Part shown: in pieces, positions 28,222 to 39,960 of the stretch
Position numbering within the stretch: position 1 is the first letter of the stretch
Layout of the letters: each line of letters begins with the position of its first letter
Origin: Octopus sinensis
Lineage: Eukaryota
Assembly (NCBI RefSeq): GCF_006345805.1
Contig: NC_043017.1
Span: forward strand, 27,714,001 to 27,778,000
Reading direction: 5' to 3'
DNA: 64,000 bases
Notes under the pieces: generated by a model
What the model was told of the DNA's origin: nothing
The model's database searches: none
The model's input: only the letters and a program-made list of their open reading frames with translations
Program-made: the position numbers and the translations under genes

Positions 28222-28616
28222 ATTTATATATAAAACTGAAGTTGTCTGTGCGTAGCAGGTTTCGTAGCCTACAACTAACACTATCTCCCCAGAGACCCTG
28301 CGCCGCAAGTTAACCAAAATTGAGAGTATGATAGAAGAAGGCTTGCTCTTCGTTCCGTAGAAGAAAGAATTCGAATCGGACCAGTTTAACACCAAAAATT
28401 ATTTACATCAAAAAGGTGGGGTTTTTCTATGAAAAGCCCCTTTTTTTACAATATTTTGACTGCTGTGTTGCCATTTTTCGGTGTATTTCAATCAGAAAAA
28501 TGTTCACATAAAGAGAATATCTAGCTACATAATGCAGAATGTTTACGTTTCAAAAATTCTAATTCTAAAGGGTCGAAAAGAAAACATATCCGAGCAACGC
28601 CGGGCTATATTGCGAA
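28222..28616 (+). mobile_element. Non-autonomous Helitron-like element, second family
   Basis: AT(C>T)TATATATAAAA start, gttgtctgtg, hairpin CCGAGCAACGCCGGG (28590-28604), decayed terminus GCGAAT. Confidence 0.65.
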
Positions 28617-28641
28617 TATATATATATATATATATATATAT

Positions 28642-28792
28642 GAAAAAACAAGTAAAAAATAGAAAATGCTAAAATAATTTTATAGTGAACATTTCAGTAC
28701 CGGTTTCGGTCATTTTGAGACCTTTTCAACTGTAACGATTAAATAATTAAATTTAGAAAAATTAGAAGAAAAGTTTTTTTAAAAGAATATTT
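28642..28792 (-). mobile_element. Short Penelope-like element, HHR family 2
   Basis: Homolog of 1255-1409; carries a hammerhead motif; 3' end abuts (TA)n at 28617-28641. Confidence 0.6.
28691..28736 (-). ncRNA. Minimal type-I hammerhead ribozyme motif, U3-A8 core variant
   Basis: Minus strand GTTACAG UUGAAAA GGTC-TCAAAAT-GACC GAAA CCG GUA CTGAAAT: helix I 6/7 pairs, 4-bp helix II, palindromic ACCGGT helix III, GUA cleavage triplet. Confidence 0.72.
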
Positions 28793-30351
28793 CTATAGTA
28801 GTGTTCAGATTTAAGTGGCATTCTGCCTTTCTCTGACTCCCTTGTTTGCACATATTGTATAAATTTATATACATATATATCCGTGTGTGTGTGTGTTAAT
28901 GTAGGTAGAGAGAGGGGGATAGGAAGTATGTATGTTTATATATATATATATATATATATCTAGACAGAGGGGGGATAGAAAGTGACAGAGAACATAAGAT
29001 TTGTATCCATACGAGTCTGTGTGTGTTGTTTCTCGATGCCTACATTTTCCATGCCTAAAGAGAACAGATCTGATACGGGGGTCATTTTCTCCTGATGATA
29101 GAATGATAGATTGTTTACAACTTGGCATCTCCCATACGTTGTGATATTTTGAATACAAGCATAGATTACACATTACATCTACTCACGTCTCCATTCCTCT
29201 CTCATTAGTTTCTATGGCTGTAGAAATGCAACTTTATTCAATTGTTATCTTATGCAACACGTTATTACACATTCACAAACGTTTAGATGCACTGACATAT
29301 TAATGGCCGACCACATACGTTATATACGTAAATAACCACGTATAATGGAATTATTATTTAAAAGCTTTTGTGTAATTCGTTCGGTGTACGTAGCGACGCA
29401 TACCCTATATTTAGAAGGAGACATGTTTAGATGTTACATATCTTGACATTCCCATTAATTTTGTAAGACGAGCCTGTATGAAAGAATATAGAGTTTAAAA
29501 TGACATGTACCGTACTTTGTGTATATATAATACGTAAGTATTTCCATGGTAAATGTATTGTATTAGTAAAGCATTTTAAGAAAGCTATTAATATGGCGCA
29601 TAATGCAGAATGTGGATTAGCAGGTAATAGAAAATCTACTTGTAACAATAAATAAATGGTGCAGTATTGAAAGGACTCCGATATACGTGGTCGTACTACT
29701 AAATGTAGCAGCCAAATATCCCTCAAAATACACTTTACTGTAATGTAGTGGGTTGTCCTGAAAGTTCGTGCCGATTTATTGTAGCTTATATTTCGACTTA
29801 TTTTAGAACATGGTTGAGTCCCTGAAATAGGATTTGACTACACCTCCATTTAGAGCACAGTTTTAGCTATCATTTCGTGGCCTTGTACGTAGAGTAGAAA
29901 ATAATATGTATTCATTGGGTAACTTACTTCTAGACAGAGAAAACCTGAAAAATATCGGGATAGAACTTAGCTCAACAACATCGTCATTAACAACAGCAAC
30001 AACAAATACACGAGCAACCACAAAGTTTCAGTAGCGTGAAAACATGAATTTTAAATAGACCTCTTTTGAACTGCAGTATGCTTTTCATTTGTATTATGGA
30101 AAAGATCTACAGACGTCAACATATGTAGAATTTTCAAACAGAATAAACGTAAATATATTTATACCTGGTAAAGATCAATTAATTACTACCTTAGTATACC
30201 TTGCTTTCATTTTCAACTGTTTTAAATAGACTTTAATGTCTTCACTGATTAGAAAATTAATAATGTGTTAATTTCTAGGGTTTTCAGTGTATTTCATTAC
30301 GTATGTACCAGAGTTTTCAAATTGACAATTACTTAATAATGCTCATTTTCC

Positions 30352-30804
30352 AAGCAACACCTTTAAATAGAGTTATCAAGATTCATAGGCCTCAACGACT
30401 TGTCTCCACTATTCTCGACTCTAAGATTGTCTTTCTATTTCATTCTGGCTCGACCCCTACATTTTCAGCTCTGACGCCTCGCATCTTTCATTAGGATTTT
30501 TTGCACTGTGTCTTATTTTCCATTAAGAGAAAGCCTTCTCCAATGTCTGTTGGTTTTTATATCAGCACCGGTTCTTAAGCAACACCCTTAAATAGAGTTA
30601 TAAAGATTCATAGGCCTCAACGACTTGTCTCCACTATTCTCGACTCTAAGATTGTCGTTCTATTTCTTCCTGGCTCGGCCCCTACATTTTCAGCTCTGAT
30701 GCCTCGCATATTTCGTTGGGATTTTGTTGCACTGTGTCTTATTTTCCATTAAGAGAAAGCCTTCCCCTCCAATATCTGTTGGTTTTATATCAGCACCGGT
30801 TCTT
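30352..30804. repeat. Tandem duplication, ~225-bp unit x2
   Basis: aagcaacacc.ttaaatagagttat.aagattcataggcctcaacgacttg at 30352 and 30577. Confidence 0.93.
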
Positions 30805-31156
30805 CTGTAATTTCGTCTATTCTTTGTTTTAATATAAAGCCGTGTTTGACCTATCCAAAACCATTTTGGCCGCTCTGGGAACAGGTTTATTTAATACACT
30901 ATCCTCTACATCTGACCTGTCCAGTATGGCAACTCAAGACGCCAAACCGCAACAAGAACTGCACTTACTCATGGTTAAATTGTTTCTTTTTTTTTTCGTA
31001 TTTATTTCTCATCTATGGTGTCGGGGATAAATTGTTATCAAGCCCTCTTAATTTTGTTTAACGGCATTATTTGTTAGACCCTTTTCACTATTCAAACTTC
31101 ACTGTTTCAACATCCTATAAGCATCATTATTTTCATATGACGAATGATACGTATGA

Positions 31157-32645
31157 AAGCATAAAAATTGTACCGAACTTAGACAGTTCTTGGTCTTATA
31201 TACGAAAGGGCGTACAGAACCTTCGGAATCAATTTTGCTCGCATTTCTGCATCTCTAATGAATCTACTCCTCGCAAACCAGTGTCTCCGGTCGATGGCAA
31301 TTACATCAAAAACGTGTCTATGGAAACGGAGAACGCATTGTATATGATGTAATTATAAAAGCAGAATTTAATAGAATACAGCAGCAGCCCGAAGCAAATT
31401 GTGAGACAAACACAACATGAAGCTATTGAAGAATATTATAATGAATAAATGTAAACATCAATGAAGTGAAGTGAAAGACAGTAATTTATATTAGCACAAA
31501 GGACAAATGTACGAAGTAGACGTAGAGAAAGAAGACGGCCATTATATTACTATAGAGCTGTACATATGTTATTACATATATGTATATATGTATGTATGTA
31601 TGTATATATTGACTACAATATGCATCTGTTTGTCCGGAAAACAAAATAAAAGCTTAGGTACTTTAAAACAATACTATGATGTATTTAAAAATATCCACGA
31701 AGGCTTTGTTACATAATCTTGTCAATTGTTCTGTGAATAGAATTACAAGCGGAACAAGTAATGTTTGTTCAACAGTAACGATTGAAACAGAGAAATGTTA
31801 GGACACGGAAAGAAAGGAAAAAAAAAATGAAGTTGAGAAACACAAAGGCAAAAAAATATTCATTTGTTGATCTTTCTGAAGTATTGTTTGTTGATCATTG
31901 ATGCAGAAACGGGCGATGGAGATAAAATACGATAAAGACAGAAACAAAATGAAGAAATATAAAATAAATGTAAAAAAAAATATATAAAATATAATTGAAA
32001 GAGGAAAGCGAGTGCATATTCTACTTGAACGTAACCATGGTAATTAATGCTGGTGAACTAGTGAATGCGACAGAGATGTCCAACTGGGAAATTAGCTAAT
32101 ATCGACAGAAATATCAGAAACATCAAATGAGACACAAAAAAACACGCCAAAAGTTACGTATTCAGAGTACATAAGGACGAATCGGTAATGGGAGTTATAA
32201 AATCGATTCAATGAAATTGAAAATATACATAGAAAAACGAAGATACTAGATCGGAGCAAAAATCTTTCATAAGCAATATATAAAATGGTACGGTTCGATA
32301 AAATAATACCAGCCAAATACTGAGGGTCTTCACTCCAGAGTGCATAACAAATTAAAGCAAATATTACGATGCTAGGGAACTACTTATGCCTATGTGTAAG
32401 TGTCAACGTTTGTGTATATAAGTCGATAATGTATGTATATAAAAAAATAATAAAATAAATAAATATAAATAAAAATATATTTATATATATATAAAAATTT
32501 ATAAATATAAATTAATAATTTTAAATTTTTAACTTTAAATTTAAATAATTTAAATTTTATATTTTGTATATTATATTAATTATTTTTATTTCTATGTTTT
32601 GGTTTATGTTTTTCACTGTTTGATTTGCCTAATAGTGGTTTTATC

Positions 32646-32684
<39 letters not shown>

Positions 32685-32820
32685 GGAAGCATGAAAATTG
32701 TACCAAATTTGGACAGCTCTTGACCTTAAATATGAAAGGGCATACAGAAATTGTGGAACCAATTTCCCTTACATCTCTGACAAATCTACTCTTTCAGAAC
32801 CAGTGTCTCCGGTCGATGGC
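31157..32820. repeat. Dispersed direct duplication (31157-31298 and 32687-32820)
   Basis: aagcat.aaaattgtacc.aa.tt.gacag.tcttg..aaccagtgtctccggtcgatggc in both copies. Confidence 0.85.
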
Positions 32821-32887
32821 CAATAATCTTTACTCTAGAATACTGTTACTGTATGTCTCTCGTTTAGAGATTAGTGATGATTTTCTA

Positions 32888-32927
<40 letters not shown>

Positions 32928-32930
<3 letters not shown>

Positions 32931-33173
32931 GCGCCCTTTAAAGACTAGCCAGGCTCAGGGGCCCGGTTTCCCGGTTTCTATGGCGTATGTGTTCCCCATG
33001 TCGACGGAACGCCACTCCATCGCAGCGTTACTCATTTTTGCCAGCTGAGTGGACTGGAGCAACGTGAAATGAAGTGTTTTGCTCAAGAACTCAACGCGTT
33101 GCGCGGTCCAGGATTCGAAACCATAACCTTACGATCATGGTGCTGAGACCCTAACCACTAAGCCACGCGCCTC
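32928..33173 (-). mobile_element. tRNA-derived SINE family D (CORE-like centre)
   Basis: GAGGCGCGTGGCTTAGTGGTTAGG head, GGTTTCGAATCC B box, TCTTGAGCAAAACACTT..TGCTCCAGTCCACTCAGCTGGCAAAAATGAGT, tail AGAAACCGGGAAACCGGGCCC. Confidence 0.82.
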
Positions 33174-33186
33174 AACAAACACACAT

Positions 33187-33217
<31 letters not shown>

Positions 33218-34409
33218 ATTGGTTTACTTCCCTTGTCCTTGAATCTTCGTGTCAGTTATTCTTAAGAAAGTTCAAATAAGGGTGCTCGTACCTACCTCGA
33301 AAACTGTTTATAGAGGTCACAGACCTATAATTATGGAGCGGCAAGTAAAAGCTGTATCACTGTGAGCTGAATGCTTCTCTCAGCATTTTCTTTCAAAGTT
33401 TAAAATATTAAAAATACTAAGTTATAAATATTTGGCAATGATTCCCATTTGGCAGACTTTCACATTTGTCTGTCCAGTAATTTTATTGGAAATTAAAATA
33501 ACAACAATTGCAACGACTTCAGTATGATTGATATAATCATATATAATGATTTCTAAATTAGACACCAGGCCACACTTTTGCCAGGTTAGGCTGGAGAGAA
33601 CAATTAGTTATATATAGACACTATAAATTCGTGTTATTGACCGGTGTTATAGTTTATCGAAACTTGAATAATGGCACTCAACGTCGACCACGTCTTCATT
33701 TGATTAACACAAGGGCTTGTATTCGACGCTCCGTCGTACGAGACACACATTTTTCTGCGAATTAACAAGGTACAACGTCAAATGATAGTGTGTAGCGTTA
33801 GTTTTTCTAAACCACTTACCAACCAAAATTTAAGTACAGTTACTCAATGAATTCTTTTGAATTTGGATGTATATGTAAAAGTGCACGGAAATTTGAAACC
33901 GGTAATTAGGCAGAATCATTAACACCCCGTATAAAATACTGATCAGCGTTTCTTCTTGCGTCCTGAGTTCAAACCCCACTGATGTTTAAACATTGCCGTT
34001 AATCCCTTCTGATTCGGGGTCGTTAAGATAAATATTAGTCAAATTCTGGAGTCGCTCACACTGAATCCAGATAAATTCCTGCTTTGAACCTTGAAACGAA
34101 CCGACGTCAAACTCAAGAGAAATCGTTCTCACTTCAGTCACTAACAGGTGATAGAGGACGGGTAAGGCTCAAGGAAATATCGAATTAATGAAAACACGTT
34201 GACTGCCAACTACGATTTATCTCGTAGTTGACAATCTATACAATTTTGCCAGGTACGAGAATACTCGTAGAGGTCTACTTTAATGTAACACGCTTAAAAT
34301 TAACTGGCGTCAAGAACTATCATTGTTAGTGTGTTGTGGAAACACTAAAAACACCCTTTATTTGCCCAAAGGCACCTGCCACAAAATGCATTTGTTAAAA
34401 CATCTATAT

Positions 34410-34673
34410 ATATTGTTATATTTCGGAATGGCCAATTTGCCAGTTTAGCCAATAAAAACACACGCACTATATATATGGTGTTATTTTGCTTCAGTGTTAT
34501 TTATTTTATACATTAATCTTAATCTTATTTCGGCCAGAGTTCTTTCGTCACACTCCTGTGACCGCATCAGTGGTCCTTTGTTTTCTTTCTTATTTGTGTG
34601 TCTCTCCCTTACTAACCGTCAGCCATTTTATTGGCTAAACTGGCAAAATGACCATTCCGAAATATAACAATAT
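34410..34673 (-). mobile_element. Element with 48-bp inverted terminal repeats enclosing a hammerhead-like motif (HHR family 3)
   Basis: Arms 34410-34457 and 34626-34673 match at 46/48; minus-strand motif CCA CTGATGC G GTCACA-GGAG-TGTGAC GAAAG AA CTC TGG at ~34532-34575. Confidence 0.65.
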
Positions 34674-35106
34674 CTGTTTCAACACACGACTTCACATAAT
34701 AAAATCTTGCACAACAAATATATAAACGCATATATATATATATACACATATATATCAGGTTCAAATATTAGATGTTGATTCCGTTGGTGCTGGAGAACTT
34801 GGTGCAGTTGCTTCAGGAGAACTGCGTTGTCCCTTACGACCTGGAGCTCATCTTCGTCAGTAGAACTGGTGTCGTTTGTATTACTTCCACTGGTATTTGC
34901 TACATAATTTTTATCCAAAGTATCTGAATATTAACTCTCTAACTCTAAGTTATCATCTTCCGGTAGTTCATTTTCCGCGAGGACTTGAAGCATTCCAGCA
35001 ATTTTTTTCACTGGAAATGCTTTTTGGCATCTTATATATATATATATTACAAATCAAAATTTATAATAGTTCTTTATAAATCTGAAACAAAAAAAAATAT
35101 TATACA

Positions 35107-35520
35107 AGGTGCAGGAGTGGCTGTGTGGTAAGTAGCTTGCTAACCAACCACATGGTTCCGGGTTCAGTCCCACTGCGTGGCATCTTGGGCAAATGTCTTC
35201 TGCTATAGCCTCGGGCCGACCAAAACCTTGTGAGTGGATTTGGTAGACGGAAACTGAAAGAAGCCTGTCGTATATATGTATATATATATATGTGTGTGTG
35301 TGTGTGTCTGTGTTTGTCCCCCTAGCATTGCTTGACAACCGATGCTGGTATGCTTACGTCCCCGTAACTTAGCGGTTCGGCAAAAGAGACCGATAGAATA
35401 AGTACTGGGCTTACAAAGAATAAGTCCCGGGGTCGATTTGCTCGACTAAGGGCGGTGCTCCAGCATGGCCGCAGTCAAATGGCTGAAACAAGTAAAAAAG
35501 TAAAAAAAAAAAGTAAAGTA
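35107..35520 (+). mobile_element. SINE family A, full length
   Basis: AGGTGCAGGAGTGGCTGTGTGGTAAG head, internal (TA)(TG), tail ..GAAACAAGTAAAAAAG. Confidence 0.92.
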
Positions 35521-35931
35521 ATGAAGAGACTGACTCAAATAATAACATCTCAAAACCTTCATAGCAAACCAATCTGAGCATTTTGCTTTCCTATGAGATA
35601 ACTCGTATCACGTCATTGTAGTGTAATTAGATGTATTACGTACCTATAAACCACCATACAAAATATTTCAGCTTTCTGATTGGAGAAAATTAATAAAACC
35701 CTTTGGCGAATCGAAGCAAATCATATCGATATCCTATGGCAGGCAACGTGTTAAACAAAATATAACTGAAAAATATTTGACCAAAACTTTTGCACTTTTA
35801 CCAATTAATGGCATTCGTAAAGAAATAACAACGCTTGTTATTTTCCTTCTATTCTTTCCTTTTTTTCTGAGAGAAAAAAAAGAAGGAAGGAAAGTAGAGG
35901 GAGAGAGTAAGAGGGAAAGAAAGAAAGGCAC

Positions 35932-36020
35932 AAACTGGAGTCGATTTTGCTCGACTAAAGGCGGTGCTCCAGCATGGCCACAGTCAAATGACTGACGCAA
36001 GTAAATGAGTAGAAGAGTAA
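35932..36020 (+). mobile_element. SINE family A tail fragment
   Basis: gtcgattttgctcgactaaaggcggtgctccagcatggcc.cagtcaaatgactga. Confidence 0.8.
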
Positions 36021-36464
36021 CAATATCTCTTTCTACTTAAATGTTCATTCGAACGAGCAGTAGGTTTTCTTCTTTGATGCTTGTTGACAGTCTCATTCTC
36101 TTTTTCTTTCTGTTTATGATCTTATTGCTTTTGTTTAGTAGACATTTTCATTTGAAAATGTCAAAAGCAAAGAGAATGAGTCAGCAGCAAAAATTAATTC
36201 TTTACCTCGTGTATCGGAGAAACATTCCATTCGTACCCAAATGTAATTTCTATTTTAATTGCAAGGCAAACAATTTGAAGAGGGGAGTGGATTCCGGGAT
36301 TAATTTCGCTGAGTTCCATGGCTGGTTCTTCTATCTTATCGAACCCAAATGTTTGAAAAACAAATTTGATCAGGTGTCATCGTCATATGGAGAAATATCG
36401 AGAGAAATGCATATTATACGGTCGTAGTGGTGGTGGTGGTAGTAGTAGTAGTACTAGTCGTAGT

Positions 36465-36674
36465 GAGTTGTTTGTCTTTTTTTAAGCAGGGGTCTTGAGG
36501 GAAAGGAGATAGCTTTGGTGATTGGTCCCCGGCATCTCTCGTACTTTGTTTGATCTTCGAAATGATGAAAGGCAAAAGATACTCGGTGGCATTTTAACAC
36601 AAATTAAAGTGCCGAAAAAATAACGCAAAGCATTTTATCCAATGCTCTAAGGATTTTTCCCAATCAAACACCCT
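36465..36674 (-). mobile_element. Degenerate SINE family C-like copy between triplet repeats
   Basis: gatgaaaggcaaa..ctcggtggcatttt; (TAG/TGG)n to the left, (TAG/TAA)n to the right. Confidence 0.5.
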
Positions 36675-36799
36675 AGTAGTAGTAGTAGTAATAATAATAA
36701 TAATAATAATGAGGAAGAAGGAATATCAATCTTGGATAGAAAAACGGGAAAATTACATTCTAAAACAAATATAAATAGATTGTACATAAAGAGAAATAA

Positions 36800-37720
36800 C
36801 GGGCGCAGTGGTCTCATCGAATGGATTATTATATAATCATTGAAAGAACAAGTCTTACAGAGTATATGGGAAATAGTGTTGAAGATTTGTCGCGATATGC
36901 AGATGATGTGTGTGCTAATGCAGATGAAATGTTTGGTAAGAGTTTAACTAAAGAGTTGAAGAGAAAAGAAGGTTCTCTGAAAATAATAATGCATAGTCAG
37001 TTTGGAACAGAGGCACAGGATGTCAACGATAGACGAAATGATATTCATAATTTAAGTGAGAAGATCTGAAGCCTAGTGGTTAGAGCGTTACAATTGCAGC
37101 TCTAGAACAAGCTCTTGGTTGGTGACAGTTCTGTGAAGTTTACCAGCTACAAATCGTTTGTCGCAGGAAAGTCAAATCTATGAAAAGAATGCGGAAAATG
37201 TAAACCGTTTGGTTAGTGAATATGAGATTTGCGCACAGAGAATACAAGCGCGATGATAAAATCTGTCTGTACTTCCACAGACTTTTATTTTGTAGAAACC
37301 AATATGCAGAAATAGACAACTGTTATGAGAATGGAAACTCATATCAGGAGAAAAGGAAAGATATTCTGAGATTATGCTTTTCAGACTGATACAGTAACTG
37401 AGTATCGGTGATCGAATATTGTTGTATTGAACGACATGAAGAACAAATATTGTCAGGCCATTGATGTAGTTATCTAAATGACTTGAATAATGCGAGTAAA
37501 ATTGTTGAAAATGTCACGAAGTTCTCCAACAGGCAACTGACAATAACAAGAGTGTCTAAAATGCGAGAGGGTAAATTATAAATTGACACCAGTTGTGAAA
37601 TTTCATAACTTCGTAAAGTGGTTAGGAATTACATGAAACGATTGGTGTATTAGGAAAGTCAGCCTTCCAGAAAATCCTTCAGGAGGTCCTTGTGGCTTGA
37701 CTGATACCAGTTACACCGTT
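36800..37720 (+). pseudogene. Highly degenerate reverse transcriptase remnant (RTE-like)
   Basis: SRYADDVC in ORF 36821-37069 and a downstream LGKSAFQK-like segment near 37650; multiple stops and shifts. Confidence 0.4.
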
Positions 37721-37987
37721 GCATTTAACATCTGGACAGCATGACAAAGTATTTATGATAACCACTGCTGCTATTAGACGCAAAGCTTGAAATTTTACGG
37801 GGTAAGAACTAATCGATCACATCGACCACAATGCACAAATGGTACACTTTTGAGAGATCGCCAAAGGTTAATAGACATTTAGAAATCTTAAATTCAGAAC
37901 GTAAGGCCACGAAAAAGAAAAAGAAAATTAACTGCAGAGCTTTTCGTGTGGCTCTGGCAGCTAACCGCCTTCAGGGAAACGATAATA

Positions 37988-38637
37988 ATCTTTTCTTTTA
38001 TAGGGACAGCTCTGGATTCTTGGGGAGGGGGACAGTCCATTATATCGAATCCAGTACTCAACTGCTACTCATTTTATCGGCCCTTCAAAGGTGAGAAGCA
38101 AATGTTGATCTCTCAACGTAATGGCAGACGAAATGTCGCTAACTATTTTGCCGGCAAGCTAATTCTGCCATCTCATCGCTTCGATAATAATAATAATAAT
38201 AATGCTTACGAATTTTAGCACAAGGGCAGGAATTTTGGAGTGAGAGGAGGATGAGTCGATTACATGGATACCAGTGTTCAACTACTGCTTATTTTATCGA
38301 CCCCGAAAGGATGAAAGGAAAAAAGTCGACTGCAGCAGAATTTGAACACAAACATAAAGATGGACAAAATGTCGGTAAGCATTAGTTCAGCGTGCTAACG
38401 ATTCTGCCAGCTTGGCGACTTAATAATAATAAGGATTTCAGACTTTTGGCACTAGTGCAGCATGGAGGAGGGGATTACATCGACGCCAGTGCCTAACCGG
38501 TACTTATTTAATTGACGCTGAAAGGATGAGTGTCTAAGTCGACCGTTGCAGAATTTGAACTGAGAACGTAGCGGCAGGCGAAATACCGCCGCTAAACATT
38601 CCGACCGGCGTGCTAACGATTCTGCCAGCTCGCCACC
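37988..38637 (-). mobile_element. Cluster of three same-orientation SINE family C copies separated by (TAA)n
   Basis: Copies at ~37988-38180, 38204-38420 and 38433-38637, each ending (plus strand) in ..ttctgcca.ct.g.cg. Confidence 0.78.
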
Positions 38638-39569
38638 ATCATAATGCTAGTAATAACAATATTCATAGTAAGCAGTAGTAGTAGTAGTAGCAGTAGTAGC
38701 AGTAGCAGCAGTAATAGTAGCAGCAGTAGCAGCAGTCTTAGAGTTAACCGACAAAAAGTTATAGAACAAGAATAGTCATTAAATTCTTCATTATAATTAG
38801 AAAACAAATAAATACACAAATCATTAGAATTTGATTAGTGAAACGTAATGATAAACTAGTTTTGTAACTGGTTTTGATATTCAACTAAACATGTTAATGA
38901 TAATGCATGGAGAATTTAATGATGGATACTTCACAGAGAGTATAATTGTAAAACGGGAGACGAGATGAAAATGTATGGAAGACTTGTAGACGGTTTATTG
39001 TTGTTGTACACATCACACGCGTAATATGGAACTTTGATGCAAATGCGTAGTTCATGGAAATGGGAACAAACACGATGCTCCGAAGTTAATTGCGTTGGTC
39101 TGTATAATTTGTGATTGAACTTGGACAGACACACACAAGAACAACAGCAAGGATGCGCATATATATGTATATATATATATATATGTATATATGTGTGTGT
39201 GTATGTATATATATATATATATATAATTTTATATATATATGTGTGTATATGTATATAAATATATATAGATAATTATATATATGTATATATATAAAAAGTA
39301 TGTATATAAATATATATATACATATATATATGTGTATATATGTCTATATATGTGTGTGTATATATATATGTGTGTGTAAAAATATGTATTATATATAATG
39401 TATGTATATAAATATATATACATATATATTATTATGTGTGTATATATGTCTATATATATGTGTGTGTTAATAATATATATATATAATATATAATATATAT
39501 ATATTCATATACATACAAATATAATTATATATGTACGTTTCCATAAATGTGCCTATACTTATCTATATA

Positions 39570-39848
39570 AGGCAGTGAGTGTAGCGGTTGAGATATTCTG
39601 TTCACGATAGTTACGTCTGGAGTTCGATTCCCGGCGAGGTATTGTGTTCTTGAGCAAGACACTTAATTTCATGTTGCTCCAGTCCACTCAGCTAGCAAAA
39701 GTTAATAGTATTTATCTTTAAAAGATCCATACTTGTCTCATTCTTTGTCCCAATAAATCCCTCTAAGAATTATGTTATGGAAACTCGTGCCGGTGGAACT
39801 CTTCACTCACTTGCGTGTAAATTTCATGAGCTTCTGGCGTAACCGATA
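39570..39848 (+). mobile_element. SINE family E (D-type centre + B-type tail), diverged
   Basis: gagttcgattccc..tcttgagcaagacactt..ttgctccagtccactcagct, then gaattatgttatgg..cacttgcgtgtaaatttcatgagc. Confidence 0.65.
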
Positions 39849-39960
39849 GGGTGCCAATTTCCCTCTCTCTCTCCCTACCGCACTCTCTCTATATATACAT
39901 ATATATGTATATATGTGTGTGTGTGTTATGCATTTAACTTCTCACATACATACAGGACGC

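Noticed and set aside
29091-29110. CTGATGA matches (also ~18863, ~22779)
   Set aside because: No helix II followed by GAAA, and no helix I pairing.
32440-32590. Almost pure A/T irregular stretch
   Set aside because: Probably a noisy or decayed (TA)n; no structure found.
34740-34920. GC-richer segment as a possible host exon (also 27800-28030, 11039-11290, 30842-31030)
   Set aside because: Splice-like sites can be drawn, but no recognisable protein or consistent multi-exon frame; needs RNA-seq.
35107-35180. tRNA-like heads with A/B boxes as tRNA genes
   Set aside because: No complete cloverleaf or acceptor stem, and they continue into SINE bodies.
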